A DNA stretch of 64,000 bases from Planctomycetota bacterium (lineage in GTDB: Bacteria > Planctomycetota > UBA1135 > UBA2386): NCBI GenBank assembly GCA_031423015.1, contig JANPER010000176.1:4759-68758 (forward strand). The letters are read 5' to 3'. Position numbers and translations under genes: made by a program. Below, one piece after another: positions 49,097-59,000 of the stretch (position 1 is its first letter; each line of letters begins with the position of its first letter). The notes below the pieces were generated by a model. That model had not been told where the DNA came from and did no database searches. It worked only from the letters and a program-made list of their open reading frames with translations.

Positions 49097-51175
49097 GTGG
49101 CAGACCGTCGGCGCCCCCTCGATGAGTATGAGAAGAAGCGCGACTTCGGGCGCACGCCGGAGCCGGCAGCCGCACCGCCGGCGCCGACGCGCGTCGGCAA
49201 CAACTTCGTCGTGCATCGACACGACGCGCGGCGTCTGCACTATGACCTGCGCATCGAGATGAACGGCGCGCTGCGGTCGTGGGCGGTGCCCAAGGGCTTC
49301 GCGTACGACCGGCAAGAGAAGCGCTTGGCCGTGCAGACCGAGGACCACCCGCTGGCCTACGAGGAGTTCGAGGGCACCATCCCCAAGGGCGAGTATGGCG
49401 CCGGGCCGATGGCGATCTTCGACCGTGGCACGTATGCGCTGGCGCGCGGCACCGACCCCCTCGCCGAGTGCGACAAGGGCGAACTCAAGATCGTGCTGTT
49501 TGGTCGACGGCTGCGTGGCGAGTGGCATCTGGTGCGCACCAAGGGCGAACGGAGCAAGACCTGGTTGCTGTTCAAGTCGAAGGACTGCTACGAGGGCGGC
49601 GAGCTCGACGTGCTGCTGCGCTTGGACCTCGCCGCCGCTCGGGTCCGCGACGCGACGCCGCCGCAAGCCATGCGCCCCGGCGGCGAGCGCGCGGCGTTCT
49701 CGGCGCCGGACTTTGCGTTCGAGATCGCCTTCGACGGCCGCCGCGTGTTCGCGCGCAAGGATGGCAGCCGGGTCACGATCTTCGACCGCGAGCACGACCT
49801 CACCGCCGTGCTGCCCGAACTCGCGCGCGCCATGCTCGCCCTGCGCGCGACGCACGCCGTGCTCGATGCGGTGCTGGTTGCGACCGACGCACACGATCGG
49901 CCCGACCGCGCCCGTCTCGACGCCCTGCTCGCGACCGACCACGCGCGCGGCGCCACCTGTTACGCGTTCGATCTGTTGGCCTTCGACGACCTCGACGTGC
50001 GCGCGCTGCCGCTCGTCGACCGCAAGGCGATCCTGCGCGCCATCCTCCCGGTCTCGGCGCATGTCTTGTATGTCGACCACGTCTTGGGCGAAGGCGAACG
50101 GTTGTGTGCGGCGGCGGCCGCTGGCGGCCTGCGCGCGGTGATCGCCAAGCGGACCACGGCACCGTACGTGGGCGGCGCCTCACCCGACTGGCAGGTGCTG
50201 GCCGTGCAGCCCGACCAACGTGCCGGCGAGGTCGCCCTCACTACCGCGCTGAACGCGCGCCCCAAGCGTCGGGCCCGTTCGGCGCGCGTCAAGCTCAGCA
50301 ATCTCGACAAGGTCTTCTGGCCCGCCGACGGCACCACCAAGGGCCAACTGCTCGACTACTACGAAGCGATCGCCGAGACGCTGCTGCCCTATCTGATGGA
50401 TCGACCGGTGCACATGAACCGGCACCCCGACGGCATCGACGGCAAGTCCTTCTATCAACGCGAGGCGCCCGAACACCACCCCGAGTGGTTTCCCACCGCC
50501 GACATCGCCAGCGAAAGCAAGGGCCGACCGGTGCGCTACATGCTGTGCCAAGATCGCGACTGCCTGCTGTGCCTCATCAACCTGGGAACGATCGATCTGC
50601 ACCCGTGGCTGTCGCGGCAGCAATCGCCTGACCAGCCGGATTGGGCCGTGCTCGACCTCGATCCCAAGGGCGCGCCGTTTTCGGACGTGCTGCGCGTGGC
50701 GCGCGCGATCGGCAAGGTGCTGCAGTCGATCGGCGTGCGCTCGGGCGTGAAGACGTCGGGCAAGACCGGCATGCACATCCACATTCCGCTGCGCCCAGGC
50801 TACACCTACGACCACAGCCGCATGTTCTGCGAGGGCATCGCGCGCGTCGTGCTGCGCGAGCACAAGGACATTGCCACCATCGAACGCAACCCTGCCAAGC
50901 GCGACGGCAAGCTGTACATCGACTTCTTGCAGAACCGACGCGGCCAAACCGTGGTGCCCCCCTACGCCGTGCGCCCTGTCGCGGGCGCCACGGTGTCGAC
51001 GCCGCTCGCGTGGGACGAACTCAGCTCGGACCTGCACCCCTCGATGTTCACGCTGCACAACGTGCCGGCGCGCGTGTTGGCAATTGGCGACCTGTTTCGC
51101 ATCACTCTGACCGACGGCCAGGACTTGCTGCCGGCGATCGACCGACTGCAGGGACTGCTGGACAAGAAGGCATGA
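49097..51175 (+). CDS. ligD: LigD-like protein: phosphoesterase, degenerate ligase, primase-polymerase
   Basis: HDARRLHYDLRIE, SWAVPKG, TEDHP; LSNLDKVFWP, LDLDP, KTSGKTGMHI, DFLQN. Confidence 0.9.
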   Translation: MADRRRPLDEYEKKRDFGRTPEPAAAPPAPTRVGNNFVVHRHDARRLHYDLRIEMNGALRSWAVPKGFAYDRQEKRLAVQTEDHPLAYEEFEGTIPKGEYGAGPMAIFDRGTYALARGTDPLAECDKGELKIVLFGRRLRGEWHLVRTKGERSKTWLLFKSKDCYEGGELDVLLRLDLAAARVRDATPPQAMRPGGERAAFSAPDFAFEIAFDGRRVFARKDGSRVTIFDREHDLTAVLPELARAMLALRATHAVLDAVLVATDAHDRPDRARLDALLATDHARGATCYAFDLLAFDDLDVRALPLVDRKAILRAILPVSAHVLYVDHVLGEGERLCAAAAAGGLRAVIAKRTTAPYVGGASPDWQVLAVQPDQRAGEVALTTALNARPKRRARSARVKLSNLDKVFWPADGTTKGQLLDYYEAIAETLLPYLMDRPVHMNRHPDGIDGKSFYQREAPEHHPEWFPTADIASESKGRPVRYMLCQDRDCLLCLINLGTIDLHPWLSRQQSPDQPDWAVLDLDPKGAPFSDVLRVARAIGKVLQSIGVRSGVKTSGKTGMHIHIPLRPGYTYDHSRMFCEGIARVVLREHKDIATIERNPAKRDGKLYIDFLQNRRGQTVVPPYAVRPVAGATVSTPLAWDELSSDLHPSMFTLHNVPARVLAIGDLFRITLTDGQDLLPAIDRLQGLLDKKA

Positions 51176-52341
51176 AGGGTTCCGCCGCCGACGATCGTTC
51201 ATGGTTGCGTCGACACGGACTGGCGGTGGCATGCGCCAGCGTGCTCGTCGGTTTGCTGCTCGCTTCCCTGTCCGAGACCTTCGTCGAGAAGATCTACGCG
51301 CGCGCCATCTCGCCCGCGCTGTGTCGACTGCTGTCCTCGATCACCGGCCTCTTGCCATTCAGCGTGGCCGAACTCTTCGTCGTGGGGTTGACGCTCGCGG
51401 GCGTGTTCCTTTGCGCGCGCGGCGCCTGGCGCATCGCGCGACGGCCAGCTACTTGGTTAGCCACGCTGCGCGCCGGCGGCGCGCGTGTCCTGCGTCTCGG
51501 CCTGCTGATCGGCGCGGTCTTCTACCTCACCTGGGGCGTGAACTACCAGCGGCGACCGCTGGCGCAACGCCTGTCGCTCGTCGAGTTGGCACGCGCCACC
51601 GACCGCGCGGCGCAGGCGCAAGAACTCGAAGGTCTGTGCCGCGCCTTGGTCGAAGCCACCAATGCCGCCTATCGGCAAGCGCACGGCTGCGACGACTCCG
51701 GCGTGCCCAGCACCTGGCCCGACTCGCGCGCCGGGCTCGAAGCCAGCCTCGATGCTGGCCTCGACGCAGCCGGCTACGAACTCGGCACCGAGGCCACGTT
51801 CTCAGGCGCACGCGGCCGCAGCAAGAGCCTGCTGTTGTCCGCGCTGATGTGTCACCTGCGGCTCAGCGGCTTCTTCTTTCCATGGACTGGCGAGGCCAAC
51901 GTCAACGCCGCGCAGCCTGGATGGAACATGCCGCAGGTGATCGCGCACGAGAAGGCGCACCAGCGCGGCATCGCCCGCGAGGACGAGGCCGAGTTCCTCG
52001 GCTACCTCGCGTGCGCCCTATCGCAGCACGCCTACGCCCGCTACAGCGCCAGCCTGTTTGCGCTGGAGATCCTGCGCCGCGACCTGCGCCGCTTCGACGT
52101 CAGGCGCGTGGAGAGCATCGAGACCGATCTCTTGCCAGGCGTGCGGCGCGATGAGGCGGCGAACATCGCGTTCTGGGCGCGCTACGACGGCCCGGTCGGC
52201 CGCGTGGCAACGCAGGTGAACCACACCTACCTGATCACGCACGGGATCGCCGAGGGTGTCGCCAACTACAGCGCGGTGAGCAAGCTGCTGATCGCCTACG
52301 CGCGCACGCGCGGCAGCGTGGTGCCGCAGCGCGCGAAGTAG
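51172..52341 (+). CDS. DUF3810 zincin-like membrane protein
   Basis: WGVNYQR, FPWTGEANVN, AHEKAHQRGIAREDEA. Confidence 0.85.
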   Translation: MKGSAADDRSWLRRHGLAVACASVLVGLLLASLSETFVEKIYARAISPALCRLLSSITGLLPFSVAELFVVGLTLAGVFLCARGAWRIARRPATWLATLRAGGARVLRLGLLIGAVFYLTWGVNYQRRPLAQRLSLVELARATDRAAQAQELEGLCRALVEATNAAYRQAHGCDDSGVPSTWPDSRAGLEASLDAGLDAAGYELGTEATFSGARGRSKSLLLSALMCHLRLSGFFFPWTGEANVNAAQPGWNMPQVIAHEKAHQRGIAREDEAEFLGYLACALSQHAYARYSASLFALEILRRDLRRFDVRRVESIETDLLPGVRRDEAANIAFWARYDGPVGRVATQVNHTYLITHGIAEGVANYSAVSKLLIAYARTRGSVVPQRAK

Positions 52342-52342
52342 C

Positions 52343-52975
52343 CTAGGCGGGGTCCGGCACCAAGGCTTGCGTCGCGGGGTCGGACGCCAGGCGCAGCGCG
52401 AGCTGGTTTGGCGACACAGCGCGCATCTCGATCCCCGTCGCCTTGCTCACCAGCCAGCCGGCGCGATTCGCCTTCGCGACGCGGAACGCCTTGGCTCCGC
52501 GCACGAAGATCTCCGGCACCTTGGTGTCCCGGTGAATGACCCACACCTCTTCCACGCCGATGTCGAAGTAGAACGGCAGCTTGTCGTAGCTCTCGTCGCC
52601 GGGCGAGTAGACCTCGACCACGACGCTCGGGCCGCCCGCAAAGTGCGTGTCGAGGTCGCGCGCGGCGCAGCCGGGCTCGAGGAGCGCAAGGTCTGGGATG
52701 CGGTAGTCGTCGAGCCACTTCGGAATCCCGGGTCGCGCGACGTTGCACTGCACGAAGACCTTGCCGTGTCCGCGCCGGGCCCAGTGGGTCTTCAACCAGA
52801 ATGCCAACTCGCCGCTGAGGCCCTGGTGCCTATTCGACGGCGAGGGGCTCATGTGGATCACTCCCTCCCACACCTCGTCGAAGCGGTCCGCGCCCGTCCG
52901 CTTGCGCCACTCCAGGATGTGTGGCGGCACCTCCAACATCACGGCACGGCGCGGGGTCTGTGTCATCGCAGCCAT
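52343..52975 (-). CDS. Uma2-family endonuclease
   Basis: EVWEGVIHMSPSPSNRHQ, RIPDL, VVEVYSPGD, KLPFY..GVEEVWVI. Confidence 0.9.
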   Translation of the reverse strand: MAAMTQTPRRAVMLEVPPHILEWRKRTGADRFDEVWEGVIHMSPSPSNRHQGLSGELAFWLKTHWARRGHGKVFVQCNVARPGIPKWLDDYRIPDLALLEPGCAARDLDTHFAGGPSVVVEVYSPGDESYDKLPFYFDIGVEEVWVIHRDTKVPEIFVRGAKAFRVAKANRAGWLVSKATGIEMRAVSPNQLALRLASDPATQALVPDPA

Positions 52976-53088
52976 AGTCTACTCCCTGGTCAGAAGCCGA
53001 GTGGTCACCTTGTCGCATGCCAACGAGTGGCAACAAACAGGCGATTGGTTACAGCCAAACTCGCGATTCCAGAACCAACGCACCCGGC

Positions 53089-56000
53089 TCACTTCGTCCG
53101 GTACACCTCGACCCCCTTCTGCTGCTTGTTCATCACCTCGTTCTGCAACCACTGCACCTGCTGCGCGCGGTTGACCTCGTTGAACCGGATGTTGTTGTCG
53201 AGGGCGTCGAACTTCTTGTAGGCCTTGTCCTTGCTGTCGCCGGGCTTGCCCTCGAGCTGCACCTGCACCTGTTGCGCCGGTTGCACGCGCGCCGGCTGAT
53301 GCACGCCCGTGCCGCGATGGAACGCGTAGCTGTCGCCCTTCTTCACGATCACCGTCGCCTGCCCCACCAAGTCCTCGGCGATGAACACGCCGCGTAGATC
53401 CGACTCGCCGCTGCGGAAGCGCTGGTCGCCGGCGCCGATCACCTTCACGTGCGCGTCCGACACCACGCCGTCGTTGGCCTTCACGTTGACACGGATGCGC
53501 CCAACGTCGAGCGCTTCCTGCACCTCGATGCGTAGGTCGGAGCGTAGCAACATGCCGGTGGCCAGCAGGTCGCCGCCGCGCAGCACCACCAGGTAGGCGC
53601 CGGGATCCTTGAGGTCCAGCGGCAAGCTCTTGGTCTGCTGCTTGTAGTCGCGGCCGTCGCCGAGCTCGAGCGTCAGCTCGGCGTACGGGCGGATGCCGTG
53701 CAGTTGCACACCGCGAATATCGTTGAGCGACTTCTCCAACAGATAGAGCCGCATCAAGTCGACGCGGTACACCGTCACCGCCACCTTGTCGATGTTGCGG
53801 AACTGCACCTCCATCTTCACCGGATCGGCCAGCGACACCGTGGTGACCTCGGGCAGCGACAGCCGCTTGCGGACGAAGTAGTCAGTCGCCTCGACGGCGT
53901 CGCTGAACTTGTCCTTCACCTTGTCGTACGCCGCCAACGCCAGCTCGGGTTGCCCGAGCGCGTGATGGATCTGCCCTTGCAGATAGACCGCGTGGTCGCG
54001 GTTCTCACTCGGCCCGCGCGCGCCGCTTGGCTGCGGGAAGGTCTCTTCGGCCACGCGCTTCAGGATCGCGAAGGCGGCCTCGGGCTTGCCCAGCGCGAAC
54101 TGCGCGTAGCCCGCCGTGTAGAGGAACTCGTCGGTGAGCACCGAGCCCGGGTAGCAGGCGAGCGCCTGCTCCGCCACCGCAAGCGCCGCCGCCAGGTCCT
54201 TGGCCTCGAGGAACGTCGTCGCCCACGCGAACGCCACTTCCTCGGCCAGCGGATCATCGGGGTAGAGCACGAGGAACTCGCGCAGCGCGCTGAGCGCCGC
54301 CGCGCGCAGATCACGCGCCGAGCCGACGCGCGGATCGATGACGGCGCCTGGCTGCAGCTTGGCGGCGAGGTCGGCTTGCCGCTGCGCCACGCTGTAGAGG
54401 CCGGTGCGGATCAGGTTCAGGTCGGGATACGCGCCCAGCAAACGCTGCAGGAAGCGCACCGACGCGTTGACCTCGCCGAGGCCTTCGAGCGTGGTGGCTA
54501 CGGCTGCGTCCTTCAAGAACGACGACTCGGCCGCAGCGCGGAACACCATGAGCGCGCGCTCGAACTCGCCGAGGTCGACGTACGCCTGGCCCACCGCCAC
54601 GATCTTGTCGAACGGGATGACCAGGTCGGCGTAGCGATCCTTCAGCTCCTCGAAGAAGCGCACGGTGTTGGTCGCGTCTTTGCTGGCGATGGCGACGAAC
54701 AGCAGCATGCGCGCCACGTCTTTGCGCACGTCGTCGCGCAGTTGCACCTTCTCCTTCTGCCACTCGTCGAGCAGCGCGCGCAGCCGCAAGCCCGCGGCCG
54801 GCAGCTCGCCCTGGTCGAACAGGGCCTTGCCGATGTGGTACAGCTCGTCGGGCGTCTCGCGATACGCCTGCGCCTTGCCTTCGCCGCGGCGGTCGACGGT
54901 GAGCTGCTGCGGCTGGCCGAGCGCCATGAGGTCGGGGCGCAGCGCGCCGTACACCTGTGTCGGCAGCACGCCAAAGTCGCCGACGAAGCGCGCTTCGAGG
55001 TCATAGGTCACGCTGTCGCCGGTGTTGCCCTCGCGGTAGTAGAACGTCAAGCGATCCGGCTCCACCTCGACGTGATCGAAGCTGCCCCGGATCGACTCGC
55101 GACTCACCGAGCACCCTGCCGGGATGGGTTCCTCGACCACCAGCGGCGAGATCAGCGCGCGGTTGCTCTCGTGCGGCACCCAGAACCGCGTGCGCACGCG
55201 GATCGCTTGGCCGAGTTCGGTGCGGCTGACCTTGTTCTCGAAGCTCTGGTAGGTGCCGTTCACCACGCCGAAGCCGGGCGAGACGATCTTGCCGTCGAAG
55301 CGGCGGAACGGCGCCAGGTACTGACGCTCGATGCGCACCAATTCGCTGCTGCGGGCGACCTCGGGGAAGCCCTTGGCAAAGCCGGTGAGCGTCACTTGGT
55401 AGTGCACGAGCGCGCGCCCGGCGACCTTGATCTCCACCTCGTTGCTCGCGGCGAGCCACTCGGCCGGCACGTTGAAGGTCGAGCGGTCGGTGCGCGCCGT
55501 GGCCGGCACCTTGGCCAGCTCACGGCCGTTCACCAGCACGCTGATCTCACCCTCGCTCGCCGCCGAAGCCGCGCGACCGCCCGACGCAGTGCTCGCCCAC
55601 AGCGCGGCGACCGTGGCCTCGGCGCTGCCGAAGGTGACGCCGACGCGTTGCGCGTCGAGCCACGTCAAGCTGGCGGCGGCGACGCGATCCTTGGCGTCGA
55701 TCGCCAGCAACGCCACGGCGCCGAGCGCGATCGACTCGACGGTCGCGGCATCGTTCGCGCCAGGCAGCGGCGACAACTTGCCGCGCAACGCGTCGCCGAG
55801 TTCTTGCGCCAGCGTCTGCCGCCCGGCCAAGTGCCAGGCGAGCGCCAGGCGCGCCAGCGCGTCGAGCGACAGCGCCGCGCGTTCGCGGTGCAGCGCGTTC
55901 AGATCCTCGAAGCGCGCGCGCCCGGCCGCAGCGAGCGCGAGCAGCGTGCGCGGGCGCTCGCGCGTGGTGCGCAGCTGCGCCAGCAACCACTCGCTCGCCT

Positions 56001-59000
56001 TGTCGGCCAACTCGCCGGCGCCGACCAAGCCGCGCTTGCGCGCGTGGCTGGCGAACAGCAACGCCTGACTCGTGGTGCGCACGTCGGCCTCGGCCTGCTT
56101 CACCCAGCCGTAGGCGCCGTCCTTGCGTTGCAGCGCCAGCAGGCGCGCGAGGTTGGCGCTGGCCTGGCCACGCAGGCGCGCGATGTCGTTCGGCGTCGCG
56201 CCGCCCGACTTCTCCAGCCAGTCGAGAACGAGCAGCGCTGACAGGCCGCGGCTCGCCAGCGCCAGGTTGGTGAGGTCGACGCGCCGGCACGACAGCGGCT
56301 CGTAGCCGAGCCCGAGCGCCGCCGCCACCAGATCGCGCCCGAGGTCGGGACCGATCGCGAGGGTCAACGCGCGCTGCACGTAGTCATCGCCGGTGGGCAG
56401 AGCGAGCTTGAAGCGCGTGGCTTCGCTCGTGCTGCCCGACTTGCCAGTGCGGACCTCGCGGCCATACGGCAGCACCACGAGCGGTTGCACCATCTCGTCG
56501 CGCAGCTCGCCCGCTTCCACGAGCGCGCGCAGGTCGAAGGCCGCGGCCACCGCCGCGTCGAACGACACCGCGACCTCGGCCTCGGCGTGCGCCGGCAACG
56601 GGACGGCCTGGGTGTCCCCAGGTTGATCCGCACCGGTGGCGAGCGTCACGCGCGCGTCGCGCGCGGTGTCGCCGAGGTTGTGCACGCGCACGCGCAGCTC
56701 GATCTTGTCGCCCTGCGTCAGCGATAGCGGCGCCAGCACGCTTGCTTGCAGCTCCTTGCTGGTCTTGACCGCGCCGCGCGCCTCACCCACGTCGGTGGCA
56801 ACGGTGACCGCGCGCGCGACGAGGCGCCACGCGGTCGTGCTGTCGGGGAGCGGCACGTCGACCTTGGCCTTGCCGTCGCTGCCGGTGACGATCGCCGATA
56901 GCCACGCGCCGGTTTCTGAGAAGTCGGTGCGTGGACGGTCGGGAGCGACGCCACCCCCCTGGTAGAGGAGGTTGTCGTCCCAACCGCCGGCGCCGAGATC
57001 GAAGGTCAGCCTCTTCTTGTCGAAGAGCTGCCCGCCAACGTAGAAGTCGTCGGACCCCGTGATCTGACCCGCGGCATCCTTGCGACCGAGCTTCGCGCGC
57101 CCACCCTGCCGGCCGCCGAACTTCTCGCCCGCGCTGCCACCCAGACCCACCGCAGTGTTCCAAGTGGTCGACTGGAACGCCGACTCGACCCCATCCAGCA
57201 CTTCCAGATCGGCCAACATCGGCAGCGCCGCGCTTCGATCGAGTTCGCGCAGCACCCGCCGTTCCTCGGCCGCCAGCTCGGCGCTCACCGCCTGCGCCTG
57301 GCCGCGGTAGCTCCACTCGCACGACGACACGGTGCGGAACGCGGTCTCGCGTCGCTTGCCAAAGAACACCTGTGCCATCGCCGGGGTCTGATCGGCGTGG
57401 ATCGCGAGCAACGCTTCATCGACCACCGCCAGCGCCACCTCGCCCACCACCGGCTGCCCCTCGGCGTCGCGCACTTCGACCTGCACCGACACGCTGCTGC
57501 CGGGCTTGGCCGCCGCGGGCACACTCAGCGTGACCTGCAGATCACGCTCGACCTTGAACTCGCGCTCGGCGCCGAGCAGCTTCTGATCAGCGATCACCGC
57601 CAGCGCCAGCGCGAAGTTGGGCGCATGCATGGCGCCAAGCTTCAGGGTCAGCGTCGACTCACCCGCCGGCAACGACAGCGCGCGGTACGCCAGGATGCCG
57701 TCGCCCTGCACCGTCTCCAGCGCCAGGCGCGCGCCGGCGCGGTTCATCACCTTCACCGTCACCGTCTCGCCCACCTTGTAGGTCTCGCGGTCGCTCAGCA
57801 AGCGCAGCTTCACGGCGTCTTCTTCGCCCGAGATCACCAGGCCCAGCTGCCCAGTCACCAACACGCCGAAGCGATCCTGCGCCTCGACGCGCACCACGTG
57901 ATCGCCGCCCTTCTGCGCCACGAACTGCACCTCGGCGCGCCCACTCTTGGCCTCGGTGGTGAACGCTTGCCGCAAAAGCTCGACCTCCGCGACGGTGCCA
58001 CCCTTGCGCTCGCGGCGCAGGAGCACCGCCGTGCCTTGTTTGCCGAGCGGCTTGCCGGCCCGATCCAGCAGCTCGATCGCCGCCTGGAAGGTCTCGCCGG
58101 CGAGGTACACGCCGCGCATCGTCGTCAGCGTGGGCACGAACTCGGTCGTGGCGATCGGCACCGCGCACACCGCCTGCACGTTCTCTTCGGCTACCGACGC
58201 GGTGATCACCGCCATCGCCTCCTCGGCGAAGTCCTTGGTGTCGAACGCGAACTCGACCTCGCCCAGCGCGTTGGTCGTGCCCTCGCGCTCGACGGTGACG
58301 CCGCCCGGCATCTGCAACGCGTAGCGCACCACCTTGCCGCGCGCCGGCTCGCCGAAGAAGTGACTCACCACAAAGCGGCCCTTCAGCAACTCGCCGCGAT
58401 ACACCACCGCCGCCGCAGGCTCGCCCACCATCTGCAGCTTGGGCCGCTCGTAGCGCGCGACGGTGAAGGTCGCGGCGAACGCGTCGCCAGCGCCGCGGTC
58501 GATCGCCACGCGCCACTCGCCGAGTTCGGCCTCGGGCGGCAGCGGCACGTCGATCGCAAAGCTGCCGAAGGGCGTGAACGCGATGTCGCGCTGCAGCACC
58601 AAGCGGCCACCAGCACTGAACGCCTGCACGCGATAGCTGTCGGCCGGCAGCGCATAGAGGCCGTCTTTCACCTCGCGCACGATGCCCTTGACGTGCGCGA
58701 CTTGGCCGGGCTGATACGCCGGTCGATCGGTGAACAGATAACCCACGGGCTGCAGGCCCGTCGAGTAACCGAGCCCATTCAGAGCCAGAAGCCCGGCCCC
58801 CGAGCCGCCAGCGCTCACGGCGAACACGCGTAGCTGCGCAGTGTCCTTGAGCGCCTCGCCGCGGAAGCGGTACACACCATCTTTGCCGGTGACGCCCTCG
58901 GTCACCACCTTGGTGCCATCCGACACCACCACCTTCACACCGCCCTCGACCCGGTTCTCCTTGAGGTTCTGCGTGAACACGAACAGCTCGTGCCGCGACG

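Noticed and set aside
53698-56241. Long antisense ORFs (847 aa here, also 33510-35627 and 16429-17955)
   Set aside because: Shadow frames opposite well-supported genes, expected in high-GC DNA
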